DNA of 64,000 nucleotides from Chiloscyllium plagiosum (GCF_004010195.1 NC_057744.1:10791733-10855732), one strand, 5' to 3'. Counted from the stretch's first letter, positions 24,282 through 38,734 are shown. Numbers and translations: made by a program. The notes: generated by a model from the sequence alone, not told the origin.

Positions 24282-27200
24282 CTAGAAAGGGGCAAATATC
24301 GATGGTAAGGGGAAATAAAGTGGGCTGGGCACAAGCTAAGAGATAAAAGGAATGGCAGGATTTGGTACAGTACATAGAAGAGTAAACTATTAGAAAAGTA
24401 ACAAGACCACTTTATATCAATATATTTTCTTATCATACTAAAATGACTCAAAATACTTAAACAGATGGACTGCTTATTGCAACGTAGATTTTTTTTTAAA
24501 ATGAAGCACATAACCAATCCATTTATTTTTAGTCACGTTGTTTCAAGGGATAAATGTCGGTTAGGGTGACTTCCCTGGCCATCTTCAAATTATGTTGGGA
24601 TCTCAACAAATGTAGCAGCCTCACTTTAACAATGCATCCAAAGGACAGTGTCTCCAATCACATAACCACACTTTTAGTCACTTGGTGGGACTGAAATCCA
24701 CATTGCTGAAAAAAAGAGACATTCAGTTGAGGCTTCTCATCTTGTGTTCATCAGGAAAGACACAAAAGTTGCAAATTTCAAAGCAAACAGCAAGTTATAC
24801 TGCACGAGAATTATGGTGCTGATTGGTTGCCACGTGGACTCTGATGTAACATTATTGGCCCCTTTGTAGATTTGGTATTCTTGCATCTGTCCTGACGAGT
24901 GCAGGATGAAAACCTTCAGTATTTCTTTACTCTAGCAACATTTGTGCTTCTATGTGTCACATCAGTCATTCATCTGTAATCCAGCAAATCGTGATTAGAA
25001 TCCATTGTCATAACTGTCATTCACAAAGGTACTACATGAGGTTTGCCAAATGTCTCAAGTCAGTGAAAGCTTTTCACCTTTGTTCAAGTGCAGTTATCCT
25101 CTATTTCTTCATCACAAATTGCAGACACTCATTTACAAATCAAAAACTCATACTGATAAAAACCTCAAGTAACCAGCCACACAAATCACTAAACTGTGAA
25201 GGTCTGAAACACCCAGGATTCATAAGTTGGTATTGACAAATGAATTTTTCTTCCTATCTTGAAAGTAAGAGAGGTTTCACACTGCGCTAGTAAATGGATC
25301 ACTGACAGCAATAAACAAAATTTCATATCTCTCCACTTGAGCTCACTCCACAGAATGGATACAGAGACAAGGCTGACTTGGTAAACCGACTAATATAGAG
25401 AAAAAGCACTATGTTGTTATAGTTAGTGTCAGAAGAAAACATAGCCTCTCGTTTTACACCACTGAAAACTGTTTTTAATTCCTACTCTGCTTCCATTCTT
25501 TAAACCAGTTTTGAATCCCAATTTCTGCTACTCGCATCAAATACTTACCCTTGAGGATCTCTGATTGTAATTAGCAGAGTACAGACTGTAGTCATTTAAC
25601 CCAGACTCTCAAACCCCAAAAAGCAAAGTCTATTAGACTTGAATTGGGCAGCATTAGCTGAACAATTTATAACATATTAATAGCTACGCTAACAACTATT
25701 TTAATATAGCCAATTAAGCTTGTAATGTTTATGTTTGTTAGAAGCTACATACATTCATCCACAGGGACCCATTGTCTGCAAACCAAAGGAATACCTTGAT
25801 AATGTGCAACAGTTTTGGATTAGACGTGAACTTGGAGAGCCCCTACAGTTCCCCATTACATTCCCCATGGAATCATATCGGCCAATCAGAGCCAACTAAC
25901 AAACTAATTAGCACAGTTTCCTCTTGGAGCATAAATTGTTATGATCCTTTGAAATTTGCCATTCTTACACCTGTCCTGATACTTGCAAGACAAAAAGATT
26001 CATCTACAAATTTCTCTTTGGTGATTTTCCTTTTAATTTGCCATTCATGTTAAATGTGTCGGGGCATTCAGAAAATATTCGAACAGGTCTTTTTCAGCAA
26101 TACAATTGAACACAACAATGATGCAAGAGGAAGAAATCTGTTAATATTGCTCTTTAGCCCTTTAGGCTGCAAGAGATTGAAGCAAGTTTGTATTTCCTCA
26201 TGAAAAATGACAAACAGTGACAAACAAGGCTATTGCAAACCTCTCCAGGTGGAAGTACATGAGACAAACAACTGGGAAGGTTTCACTATCTTAAAAGGAA
26301 AGTTGTGTTGTATCACAGTGCTGCAAATGAACAAACTTTTCACTTTGAAACTGCCATTTTAACCAGTATACCTACTAAATAGAACTATTATCAAGGAACA
26401 TAACAGCATTACATTACCCTTACTACAAACGGGAATAACTGACCCCATCTGAACAGGCCTGTGGCGTTTTCAGGTTGTGACTAACTCCCTACTTACAATA
26501 CAACTTACATAGTTACTTATCCTTCTCCTCTACTGCACCTACCACCACTTGTATGATAGATGAATGTTCCCAGAAAACTTAATTAACCATTTTCCCTTGC
26601 TTATTTCCTAGCTATTCAAACAATTTCATTGCACAGAAACCCTGAACATCACTCTTCCTGTATCAGAATCCAGCATCAGTCCATTTAACTCATGTAAATA
26701 TTTGCTTTCCACAATAAATCACAGCTAGCTTTCTGATGATTGGTGCTTTCCAAGCAAATTCAGTCTGAAAACTATCAGGAATGTTAATCTGAACCTGCAG
26801 TCGGATGGTTATTGTGCAGCAAGAAGCAGAGGGCTTGGGGGTGCGGTTGGAGGTGGGAGGGAGTGCTGTGAAGAAACCCGATAATTGATTCAGGCTACTT
26901 AAAGGATACATTCAAATAGGAATGGCAACACATAACTCAAGTAAAGGCCATAGGCCCAGAGGACTGAACAGCTATTCTTTGGTAGAGAATTTTAACCTGA
27001 GGGTCACCACCGCTCAGGCGAGGGGAGAGGTTCACAAGGAAAGTGTGGGAATTGAACACATGCTGTTGGTATCACTCTGCATTGCAAACCAGCCATTCAG
27101 CCATCTGAGCTGACCAACAATATAATGCCAACAAACATGTCACATTTACATTTCTTTGTTTTTTTGTACAGGAGCCACCCCTGTTGGAATTGAACATGAA

Positions 27201-27429
27201 GGCTGATATTCTGTACAAAGCAAGCTCCCACGCACAGAAAAATGACAGTGACACTTTTGTTTGATCAGTCCCTTCCCGGAGGGGCTGACTCAATCTGACA
27301 GCATAATTCCACAGGGACTAGCCATCCTTGATCCTTTAATTTAAGGGAGCAAAGTGGGGTGGGAGATCTGGAGCCAATACCAGGAGCTGATATTCCTCGC
27401 TCCTGTCCTTGGAGGATGCTGAAGCCAAT

Positions 27430-27825
27430 GGTCAGGTTCTGCCCAAATAAAACAAGATGGTGCAACACAGATTGAGGAGGACACTTCCATCCTAGGACAA
27501 GCCAAACAGAGACATGCACAAGAATTCCTAGGAGCATGGCATTCCAACCGGAACTCTATCAACAAACACATTGACCTGGACCCCATTTACCACCCCCTGA
27601 GAAAAATAACCAGAAATGACATCAGCACAGGAAATGACATCAGCAACCCAAGGAAACCCAAATATATAAATGGAAAGCAAGAAACATCAGCAGTGCTTCG
27701 TCTGGAGGCTCATTGAAGATGTTACTAAGTATGTTGATGAAACATCTGAAAATGAACCTTCCAACTCAGTGAGCAAACCTACATCCAGAACCTCAACCTG
27801 AGCTACAAATCTTCTCAAAACCTGA
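27430..27825 (+). mobile_element. Penelope-like element 3' fragment (GIY-YIG endonuclease C-terminus plus 3' end with a degenerate hammerhead at about 27712-27750)
   Basis: Translates to ILGQAKQRHAQEFLGAWHSNRNSINKHIDLDPIYHPLRK, typical of Penelope/Poseidon ORF ends. Confidence 0.75.
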
Positions 27826-29759
27826 TTCAGAAATTCCAAACATTTACTATTCCACATTTGCAAGTTCTGGCTATTTCAATGACAATAAGTTGGAACCATT
27901 TTTCACCACCTTTACCATACTTACTCTATTGTCCCTTTTTAAGTCTAATCTGCCTTGAATTATTTGAAGTCTTGGCCTGATTCATCATTTTCAGTTGTAC
28001 CCATCACATGCCAATGATCAGTCTAGTAACATACAGACCTAAATTTAAACAGATCCCAAGTATAAACTAAAGGGCAGTAATTGCATAAAATTACATGATA
28101 AGTGCCACAGAAAGAGGCCCTTCAGCCTAACCAGCCTGTGATGGGGGAGGGGGGAGTGCGTTGATAGCCTAATGGTTTGATTGCTGGACTATTAGTCTGG
28201 GTACCCGGCTTCGAATCCCAGCATGGCAGATGGGGAAATTTGAATTCAATAATAACCTGGGATTAAAAAATCTAATGATGACCATGAATCCATTAATCAG
28301 AAAAACTACCTGGTTCACACATGTCATTTCAGAATGGAAACTGCCATCCTTAGCTGGTCTGGCTCACATGTGACTCCTGACCCACAGCAACAAGGTTGAC
28401 TCTGGGCAATTAGGGATAGACAGTACATACTAACCTAACCAGCAATGCCCTCATCTGTGAACGAACGAAACAAAATTATCCTCCACTCAAGCCTCCTCTC
28501 AACTTTTCTTGTCTAAATCAACCAATGTAATCATCTGAGTCTCTCTCTCTCCCTCATATCCTGTCTAGTCTTCCCTTCATTACATCCAAGCTCCTTGCTT
28601 CAACAACCCTCTGTGCTCTATTCTCATTACCCTTTGGGTAAGAAGTCTTTTACTGAATTCCTATTGGGTTCTTGAGGACTATCGAGTATTGATGGCATCT
28701 GTTTATATTCCCCCTCCCCCCATAAAAAGAAACATTCTCTCTGTATTCTCTCTATCAGAAAGTTCCATAATTTTTAAAGAACTCTATTAGGTCTCCGCTG
28801 AACTTTTTCTTTTAAACAGAGATGAGAACCAATCCAGCTCTAACTGAATATAATAAGTGAGATTATCACAGATCTGTGTCTTAGGTTGTCTGTGTCCCAG
28901 CAAATAAGCAGGAAAACCTCCTCTAGTCTTCTAACTCCTCCACCCAATGCTAATCGTTCACCAAAATCTTCGAGGTATTGGAGGTTAGCAGAATGAGACA
29001 TGCCTTTTTTTTTAAATAAATAAGATTCGAGGAAGTAGATTCTTAGAGGATGTCTCCTTCATCGGGGTGCACTAAAAACTAGAACTAAGGGACATCATTT
29101 CAAAACGTGAGGTCTCCCATTTGAATGAAATATTGAGAAATGCCTCGGAGTCATTCGTCTCTGGGTTACACTAACAGAGCGAGCACCGCGGGCTGCGTCA
29201 ATAAATCTAATTCGAAGCTGATTTTAAATTCCGAATCACAGAATTGTTAATAACAAAGAGGAGGTGATTCAGTCTATCATGCTATTTGTTCTATGATCCA
29301 GTGCCAATCTCCTGCCTTTCAGCATACCCTTAACACACAATTTCTACTCAAATAATCATCCAAAGCCCCCTCTTAAATGCCTCAACCGAACCTGCCGCCA
29401 CCACATTTCCAGGCAGTGCACGACTCGATGTGTATTTTTTTTCCACACAACATTACCTATTTTGCATATCACTTTAAATTGACGACGGAATGAATGGCTG
29501 GAAGGTGGAAGTAAGGTTAAGCTCGGATCTTGTCGAAAAACGGTGTAGGTTCGACGGGGGCCAAATGGCCTGCATTTCTTATGTATTGTAAGTTTTTTTT
29601 AAAAACAAATGCAGAATTTAAAAGGAAAGCACTCGCCTAGGTGAGCAGGGTCCGTCAGAATGAAATGTCCCTGGACTGAGTGAGTAACAACGGAATGGAT
29701 ACATTGTAACAATGAATTGTAACATATATGTATGAATGAATGTAGCAATGTGGATGCAC

Positions 29760-30220
29760 AGGCGCAGTGCAGTTGGCCCGGGAGTTGGGGAAGAGTGCCG
29801 GCCGCCGGCCCTCCGGGAGCAGCTCCGTGACAAATCCCAGGGGGATGGGGGAAACAGGGCGATCGCTGAACGCTGCCGGGGTCGTGCAGCCGGTAACAGC
29901 GGGCCAGGTCAGCCTCGGTCCAGCTACTCACCCCTCCCTGCTCTCTGCGCCTCTCTCCTCCGCTTTGCTCTCCCCTCGGGCCAGCCGGCTGCTCTCTCCC
30001 CCGGGAAGGAGGCTCCCGTCCTGCGACTGCCTGCTGGAGGCTGCCCCTCTGCCGCTGGCTCGGTGCCTCAGCTTCGAGGCCATTGCCTGTCAACCGGGAC
30101 CTATGGTGACCGGCGAGGCTCAGCCCGTCCCTCTTATGGGAAGCAAAGAGGCTCAAAATGCACGCTCGGTGCAGTCGCGTTACAAAAACTGTTGCTGCAT
30201 CTTCGGAAAACTAAGTGTGA
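29760..30220. promoter_or_regulatory. CpG/GC-rich island at the ALG9 promoter and exon 1
   Basis: Abrupt rise in GC and CpG against an AT-rich, CpG-depleted background, spanning the ALG9 start codon. Confidence 0.75.
29932..30083 (-). CDS. ALG9: ALG9 alpha-1,2-mannosyltransferase, coding exon 1 (MASKLRHRASGRGAASS...GAESREG)
   Basis: ATG at 30083 in a GC/CpG-rich island. 152 nt ending at a GG|GTGAGT donor (phase 2), in frame with exon 2. N-terminus resembles the MASRGARQR start of human ALG9. Confidence 0.85.
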
Positions 30221-32086
30221 GCCCCCTGTTGCAAAATTTCCCAGGCCCCTCCTTGATCACTGAACCACTTACAAAAATAAGTTCTGCTGTCAAAAATACG
30301 CGCAGAATACTTAACATCTGCCCATCTCAAATCTTTGTAGATAAATTAGACACTAAAACAGAAATGGCTGGAAAAGCTCAGCCCTGGAGTTCTTTAGGTT
30401 TTTAACTTTGTATGTAGTTGTTTTACTCTTGCATTTTCCTTTTACCTGGAGAAAGGAAACTGCATGTCCTATCTTGCATTGTTGTTTCGAAGACTATGCA
30501 GCTGGAGCGATTAAATTACCGGAGCATGGTCAGAGACATGCAGCACGGCAATTTCGCTTTTCTGGATGATGAACACATAGTACTACACCGTGTATCTTAA
30601 ATAGTTCGTCACTTCTGTACACGCTTTCCTGTCAATATAATTGCAGCTCTGTTATAAATATTTACTGTTGTAATTAAGAGCTGTTTCAAATTTACCCGGG
30701 ATCTCAAAATCATGGCATTGCCTCAAAACTTTAAGACCGACAAAAGTTCATAAAAACAGTACGGTCTAAGTGATCGATTCTAATCATTTTACATGTTTCC
30801 CCTCTGTGCAGTACCCTTTTAATTGCAGCCAACTTGGTGTTGCCTGCATCCTGAAAAAGCATGGGCTCTGTGCCGTCAACTATAATCACTTTTTAAAAAA
30901 GTGACATCTGCAGCAACCTCCGCTTTAGAGCCTACACGGATGCCGATGGGCCGATTGGACTTATTCTGTGCCATCAAAATTCTGTTATTCAAGTGCCCTT
31001 TACTTTCCCAGGTCTGAGCTAACATATCTATTTCAGAAGTATTTTTTCTTCCACATCTCGTATAATGCATTAATTGCTGTATTTAGTTGCCTTCTAAAAG
31101 TACCGCTAGAATCTAAATACCTTCAACTTCTGTAAGAATTTCTGTTCAAAATCAGGTCTGATATTTTTCTCAAAACACTCTTATTAAATTCATTCAACAA
31201 AACCTTTCTCCTATAAATGTTCTGAAATTGTCTACTAACATGCTCTGCACAATTTCGCTGCCTTTTGTTTTCCTTCATAGCCTTTTTCAAAGATGGGTTT
31301 AGTATTAACTACTGTCTAGTTGTCCAGCACCATTCAGAATTCCCTCCAAAATGAAGAGGGTCATGTCCAGATTCACAAGTGTGAAGCCCTCCTATCCCTA
31401 CTAATTTGTATTCCTTTACGCTCCTTGGCAGTGTCATAGAGTCATAGAGCTGTACAGCATGGTAACAGACCCTTCGATCCAACTCATCCATGACAATCAG
31501 ATATCCTAAATTAATTTTGTCTCATTTGCCAGCATTTGGCCTATATCCCTCTAAACTTTTCCTATACATGTACTCATCCACAGTGATCACACTGTCTCAA
31601 ATTCCTACTTCTTTGTACATGCAGCACCAACAATCACCTCATTCCCCTGGTCCCTCCAAACCAAGTTTCTGTCATGCAGAGGCTGTTCCTAATCTCCTCC
31701 AAGAACATCACTCTGGCCCTCTATGCCTCATCTCCTAAATTATTGATTTCCTGCAGGACCCCTGCTCCTGAATCAGTCATCACATTATTAATGTATGCTA
31801 CTTTAGACTTCCTTAATTTGATCTCAATATCTATACCCGTTTAGGGTGACAGACTCAACACCCTCATTCTGAACATTGATTCTGTACAAAATTATTTCCT
31901 TATCTTTGTAAAAGATACCCTCTCCCCTTCATTCTGTCACAAATAACACCCAGAGAACAGGAAGTGATGTACATAAATACAAGCAGTTAGCTGTTAACTT
32001 TAGAGGGAGATGGAACATGCTGAATCTGTAATGTGAAGTTCAACTGATCCTATTAACTTTTAAGAACTGGCATGAAGTTTGAGTAA

Positions 32087-32212
32087 GGAGAAAATGAGGA
32101 CTGCAGATGCTGGAGATCAGAGCTTAAAAATGTGTTGCTGGAAAAGCGCAGCAGGTCAGGCAGCATCAAAGGAACAGGAGAATTGACGTTTCAAGCATAA
32201 GCCCTTCTTCTG
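32087..32212 (-). mobile_element. Penelope-like terminal fragment with a 15-bp target-site duplication ATGAAGTTTGAGTAA
   Basis: Direct repeats at 32072-32086 and 32213-32227. Same family as 50065-50279. Truncated inside the hammerhead core. Confidence 0.8.
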
Positions 32213-33388
32213 ATGAAGTTTGAGTAATCAAACTCTATGATCTTTAATTCCTGAGGCCTGACTATCTTGATTCCAAGTCAGTAACGTGATAAATATGGTG
32301 TAACTGTCCTATTGTTAAAGGAACTGAATGAGTGAAAACCTGCAAGTTGGGGTTCTAGTTAAAATTGTTAAGTTTGTACCAAACATGCCATGTGGGCGGG
32401 TTGCTTGGAAACCAAGTATCTGGTGATGAAGTTATTATCTCACTAGTCATGTGAGGGCTGAAGAACAGAACGAGCTGTGCAACATGTTCAAAACAAAAAG
32501 CTGCCAAGAGACAACAGGTCAAACAGTAAACGTCAAGAAGGCAGGTTCTACCAGTCTGGATCCAATCGTGTGGGTAGCAAGCACTGAGTGTGTGGACAGA
32601 CATGTTAGCAAGCTATTCCAGGAACAGATTAAAGTGTTAATGTATTAAAACATACAGCCCAGAGGACACTAAACCATGGAGTCTGCGCACCTCTTGATTA
32701 GATCAAAGCAAAACTAATTCCAATGCCATGGATTTTTTTTCACTTCAAATATTTATCTAGCGCTTTCCGTAGAATATGCAATGGCCTCTGCTTCAACTAG
32801 CTTTCGAAGTTAGTGCCTCCAAATAAACCTGTCGGACTATAACCTGGTACTGTGATTTTTAACAAGCTAAAGCTTCAACAGCTCTCTGGGTAAAAGAGAT
32901 GTCACCTAACTGCTCTCCTCACTACCACTTCCATTATCTGCATGTACATTGTTGCTTCAATGCATAACATGCACTCAAGCTTTTTAAACATTTCCTCTGC
33001 AACAAAATCCTTTTGCATTGCTTTATCTTGTGTTGCAATTGATCACTCTGGTCATCTGTCACCACACTAAAAGTCAAACTATATTCTAAAAGGTTATATG
33101 ATTCAGTTAATCAGTGAGCTATTTGTAACAGGGAGTTATTCTCGATACTACGACAGTTTATGACATATCCTGTTGTTTGTGTGAAATTTTTAATCTCGTT
33201 CACCTGAACTGTGAAAGACATTTAGCAGTACAGTGAAGGATTTGCAAACCAATTTTGGGTTACATTTGGACAGCACTTTGAATTAATTAACACAAACATG
33301 GCACATTACTGGGGTGGGGTTAGTTAAAATGAAAGAAGTTTGAGGTGATGAATTAATGGACCAATAAGCATATTGTAAACAATGGTGT

Positions 33389-33394
33389 TTTATT
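33389..33394 (-). promoter_or_regulatory. Candidate FDXACB1 polyadenylation signal AATAAA
   Basis: TTTATT on the + strand about 110 nt past the stop codon. Confidence 0.5.
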
Positions 33395-33502
33395 GTTCAA
33401 ATTGTAAAATCATTTATATCAACAGTTCAGTAAGCATAATGCCAATCATGCACTGCATGAGACAAAAATACACATTTCTAATATGGGTCCAAGTACTCAT
33501 TT

Positions 33503-34691
33503 TTATCTAAGAGTTACTTGAAAATGTTTCTGCAGTTCGACTCTAAGATGCAGTTGCATTTCCAATGCTTGCTGATAAGACAATGCTTTGTCACATGACT
33601 GGTACATTAGCCTATAACAGTAGCTCATACGTTTGGATTGAGTGTGCAAGAAACTGTCAATCAGCTTCATTTCTTTCACTGATTCCCTGGTTACCCGCCT
33701 TACAAGTGCATGGAGCTCCAATTCCTCTGGTTTCCCATTCTCATTGACCCAGAAGCTGATGTCATGTGAATATGTGGGTGGGTAGAGCGAGAACTCAGAA
33801 AACGGTTTGAATTCGGTTGCACTAATCTGGTCTAGGAAGCGTTCATCAAATGTCCATAGCATCCTCCAGTCGTTTATGTGGTACAGCACCATGGACAGCA
33901 GGTCAAGATTTATTGACATAACGCAGTTATTTAATTCACTGTCCTGTTTATTAGGAATGCAAACCAATTTTGCGACAGTTAGATCAGTAAATTCTGGGTG
34001 TTCCATCTGTCGAAAATGAATATTCCAGCTTTTCCCACTGCCCTCTTCTTCAAAAGTGATCGAATTTAAGGTCTTATCTATAGAGGCCACGGTGCCTGAT
34101 GCTGACTTAATGAGGAATGAAATAGCCCTCTCCACAGAGCACATAAATAGACTTAAAAAATCTGCATTCTTTTTGAAAGCACTACACAAAATCATCTCAT
34201 GGAATACTGGCATAGTTTGTGGTGTAATCAGACACTTCCTGAAAACAGTGCCACTGAGTGCATAAATTACTTCAACTCTGAAGTCCGTTTTTTGCAAAAT
34301 ATCGGCAACATATCCTGTCAGGGTAGGCCGAAGGCAGTAGCTCCTGCAATCTTCACTTGAGCCAGGGATGCCAAACTGTTTCAAGATTGCGTAGTCCACA
34401 ATCTGTCCCCTCTTGTTTCCAAAGATCTGCGTAGGAACATCAGAGCACTGCAGTTCAGCATAGTCAATATTTCTCAATCCATCCTCTTGAAGTTTGGAAC
34501 AGCTCACCCAATAAAGTTCAGCTTGACAAACTTCAGATCCTACACAGGCACCATCAGGCTGAAGGTATTGTTTTGACAGCAGAGGAAAGTTGTCCTCCAG
34601 TTCCTGTAGATTCACTGCATCTGCAATCTGCTTTCTCAACAACTCATCAATTTTCTTTACGGGATGGTGTGAACCTTCCTGAAGAAAATTC
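33503..34691 (-). CDS. FDXACB1: FDXACB1 last coding exon (PheRS-like region plus C-terminal ferredoxin-fold anticodon-binding domain)
   Basis: 379-aa ORF with CLRP, MPVFHE, DWRMLWTFD.RFL, SLYPP.Y.HDISFW and CYRL.YQSCDKAL motifs. CAG acceptor before 34691. Total CDS 1884 nt = 627 aa. Confidence 0.96.
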
Positions 34692-34839
34692 CTGCAATGA
34701 CCAAAACCTCCATTAGACCAATTTTATATAAGGTATGCATTTCTCCAGTTCTCAAACAAGGGGGTATGAGGAGGGTGGATTGGCCAACAGCAAGTAACTC
34801 GTCTCCTTCCACAGCACCTTCCAAACAGGCAACCTGACA

Positions 34840-35360
34840 CACAAGTCACTCATCCTGGAAATATATCACACTTCCTTCAGTGTTGCTGGGTCAAAACCTG
34901 AAATTCCCTTCCTAATATAAACCCTGGGGTGAGGGAGTCCAGAACTAGAGGGCATAGGTTTAGGGTGAAAGGGGAAAGATATACAAGAGACCTAAGGGGC
35001 AACTTTTTCACGCACAGGGTGGTATGTGTATGGAATGAGCTGCCAGAGGATGTGGTGGAGGCTGGTACAATTGCAACATTTAAGAGGCATTTGGATGGGT
35101 ATATGAATAGGAAGGGTTTGGAGGGATATGGGCCTAGTGCTGGCAGATGGGACTAGATTAGATTGGGATATGTGGTCAGCATAGACAGCTTGGACTGAAG
35201 GGTCTGTTTCCATGCTGTACAACTCTATGAATGTACCTACACTTCATAGATTGCAATAGTTTGAGAAGACAGCTCAGCACCACCTTCTCTAAGTCTTTTT
35301 GGATTGGGTAATAAATACTAGCTTAGCCTGCAATGCTCATATCTCCTTCAACAATATTTT
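34840..35360 (+). mobile_element. L2-like 3' tail with a young CR1 3' end (about 34925-35230) inserted
   Basis: ORF 34929..35156 (SRTRGHRFRV...WNELP). The flanks join into an L2-like tail. Confidence 0.75.
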
Positions 35361-37811
35361 TTTAAGTCTCTTATGGCCGGATCATGGGTCATTCTTCACA
35401 TAGTGGACATTGGATCTCTCAAAGCAGCTTCTAAAGCATAGTAGCCAATTAACTGTGACACCAGAAGCTCTAAAAGCTCCTGTCCATCTTAAGAAATTGG
35501 AAGGCATTCAAGCATCTAAAGACATAAAGATCATCCAATAATCTGGTTTAAAGCGAAAGACACTTTCTCTGGCATGAAATTAGAGATCTTTGAAACAGCT
35601 GTAAGTTTGAGGTACGTATGCCCAAGGTGAGTACCTTGTCCTTCTCTTGGTTTTACCCTCCTCCACCTTCAGTCACAGTCTTTGAAGCCAATAGAGTTGA
35701 ATACTGCCACCTTTCTAGGGATATCAAAATAATGTTCCTTAAAATAGGAAGGCAGCATGAATGGGACGCAAATTACCAAGCGAAGGGTTCAGCCAAAATA
35801 AAATATTACCACTAAGCAAAACACTGGGATGCCAGATATCAAATGAAAACAAAAACAAAAATGTTGGAAATACTCAGTAGTCAAGCAATGTCTGTGGAGT
35901 GTCAACATTTCAGGGCAATGACCTTTCACCAGAATTTTAAAAAGGGTAGTTTTTAGTTTGGTGGCAGAAAAGTATTTGAGTCAGATAGTTGTCGTGTCAA
36001 GAATCACTGAAGTACCACATAAGCTGGCATCTCAGTGCAGCATTGCTTTAATACTGTACAGTTGGAGGAGCTGTCTCTCTGTTCAACCATTAAACTGAGT
36101 GCCCATTTGGCCCCTCTGCTAAATGTAAAATGTCACATGATACTTTTATTTTAAGTGGCATGGTGGGGGGGGGGAGTTGTTCCTGGCGTCCAAGCCAATA
36201 TTATTCCTCAGCCACCATTATTTATACAGATCATGTATACCTGCATCACAGTGGTAACTCATCTGGACAAAATGTCCAGAGCTAAAGCTCCAATGATATG
36301 GGTTTAAATCCCACCTTGGCAAATGATGAAACTTGAATTTAATAAAATCTGGAATTAAAAAGCTGGTTTAATGACAACAGTGTAACCTCTGCGATTTGTT
36401 ATAAAAATCCATCTGGTTCACTGACGTCCTTTTAGGGAACAAAATATGCCATCCTTACCTGGTCTGGCTTACATGTGACTCCAGACCCACAACAATGCAG
36501 TTGACTTTTCATAACTCTCTAAATTAGCCAAGGAAGCCATTCAATTTGAGGATAATTAGGGATGGGTAACAAATGCCGGCCTTGCCAACAATGCCCACAC
36601 ATTCCATGCTAGAATAAAAAACAAAATCTTATCGCTGTTCATGTGACCTTCAAGTGTGGAATTTGATCACACATTCCCTGAAGTGGGTATGAAATATGCA
36701 CCATTTTGTACTTTAATGCCTTTTGGATTACAACCTCCTTTTTATGTGTGTTTGATAGTTATGATAGATGAAAGGTTAATTCCAAATGAATACTTAGGAC
36801 ATATGCCATTTGTAATTGGAATTGAATTTAAGTCACACTGTAATATAAATTGTCAGTGTGAATTGCAAAAGAAGGTGAGATGCCCACACTGTTACCAATG
36901 GTGATCAAAGGATAGGCTTTGAAATGAACAGTTGACTTTACAGCTAAAACTGAATGCGTATAAAAGTAACTAAGTGGATAAATGGTCAAACAGGAAAAGG
37001 TCAACAATATTTAGGTTTTCAGGACATTTGTTTTTGAGTTCTGATCATGGGACATTTGTCGTTTTGAGAAATGTTCAAACTACTACAGCAGTGGGGAAAG
37101 AAATTTTTTTTAAAACTCATTTGAAGGTGCTCTTTGCACAGATTTTAAAAAAGACAGACAGAAGAAACACCTGTGCTCTTAGTGCAGTGGAAAGAGAGAA
37201 ACATCTTAAGTAGAATTACACCAGTCTGCATCTGTTAAGTGTCGCTTAAGTTCCCTTGATAAATTGTCCAAATAACATTGTATTAAGAGTCTCCTCTCCT
37301 AAATGTATTGTCTAGTCTCAAAACTTCTTACAATTAGGACACTGGCTACACTTTTAAAGTAATTCATTGGTTCTGAATCGTATATGCATCTCAAATGATC
37401 TCTCTCACTCCAACTTTGATCTAACAGTCACAGTCCAGGCTCAGAGTAAAGCAAAGTCCATTTAGTTGAAATAGTAGAAGATTATGAAGTACTGTATACC
37501 AGCAAGACTGCTGTCTTCCAGAAGAAAATGACCTGGAATCAGGGGAGCTCTCTGATCATAATCACACCTTTTTGGGACAGACACATTATCATCACTCACT
37601 ATTTGAACAACATCCAACATAAAATCATAATAATGAAGTTAAGATTAGTGATTATTCTTGGGAACAATACTTAAATAAAAAGAGGAAGTGAAGGTACAGT
37701 GTACCAAGAAAATGACAGCATATATAAATTGGACATTTAAAATGAATGCTTTGAATCCTTCTAACACATTTGTTCAATGTTTGCACAATGCTTTTCCACA
37801 GCCTCCCTTTT

Positions 37812-38301
37812 TAGATAACATCTGAAATATATATCTGTTTGGAGCAAGCCATAAGACTGTCATACCCTCTCAGGAAATTATCTATTTAAGGTTTTTGAGC
37901 TCTTTGTGCTTATTCCATCTCGAGTCAACATAACACATTTTAAAAAAGAAAATAAATTATGTTACAATGAATGTTGATAAAATATGGCAGAGCTGAATAG
38001 ATTCTTGATAAGGAAGGGGTTAACAGGTTATCAGGAGTAGGCAGAATGTGGAGTAATTCGACCAACAATGAGTGGCTCAAGTAGCCAAGTGACCTCGTAA
38101 TGCTTCTAATTGGTATACTTCTATCATTTTATGATTAGATTAAAGTGAACAAAAAACCAGTACGATAGTATAGATAACATCTGAAATATATATCTGTTTG
38201 GAGCAAGCCATAAGACTGTCATACCCTCTCAGGAAATTATCTATTTAAGGTTTTTGAGCTCTTTGTGCTTATTCCATCTCGAGTCAACATAACACATTTT
38301 A
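37812..38301. repeat. Perfect 131-bp direct repeat (37812-37942 and 38171-38301)
   Basis: TAGATAACATCTG...AACACATTTTA is identical in both copies by eye. Confidence 0.92.
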
Positions 38302-38734
38302 GACCAAAATGAAATAAAGAAATAGTGTGACATTTGAGTCAAAGCTTTTCATCTCCGACTGCTTAATGTAAGTAATTCCAGCCTTGTGGACCAACTTAAA
38401 CTTGAAATATGGTGGAGATTTGAAACACAAACAGAAAGTGCAGAAAAAAACTCAACAGCTCAACCAGAGAGAAACAGAATAAACTTAAAGTTTTTTTTTG
38501 TGAATTGCTGTTGAGTTTTTTGTTTTTATTGTGGGTGAATTGCCCTCTATTATTTTAATGGGAGAATTACCCTATCTGTATTGTTAAGAATGCACAGCAG
38601 AGCTTTGCGAGTTAATGTCCTTTGGTCTTAATAATGTCACCATCTCAGTAAATATTTTAACAATAACACAGCTGGCACTGTTAGGCAGTGTCTGATAAGC
38701 TATATTTTGGTGCCTTGTAATTCTCTTACTCCAC

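Noticed and set aside
29599-30405. Long overlapping ORFs (185, 175 and 212 aa) on both strands
   Set aside because: They are a by-product of the GC-rich ALG9 island, which has few stop codons. Only the spliced ALG9 exon 1 frame is supported.
32355-32648. Short ORFs between ALG9 and FDXACB1 as a hidden gene
   Set aside because: No recognisable domain, splice chain or promoter; consistent with chance ORFs.
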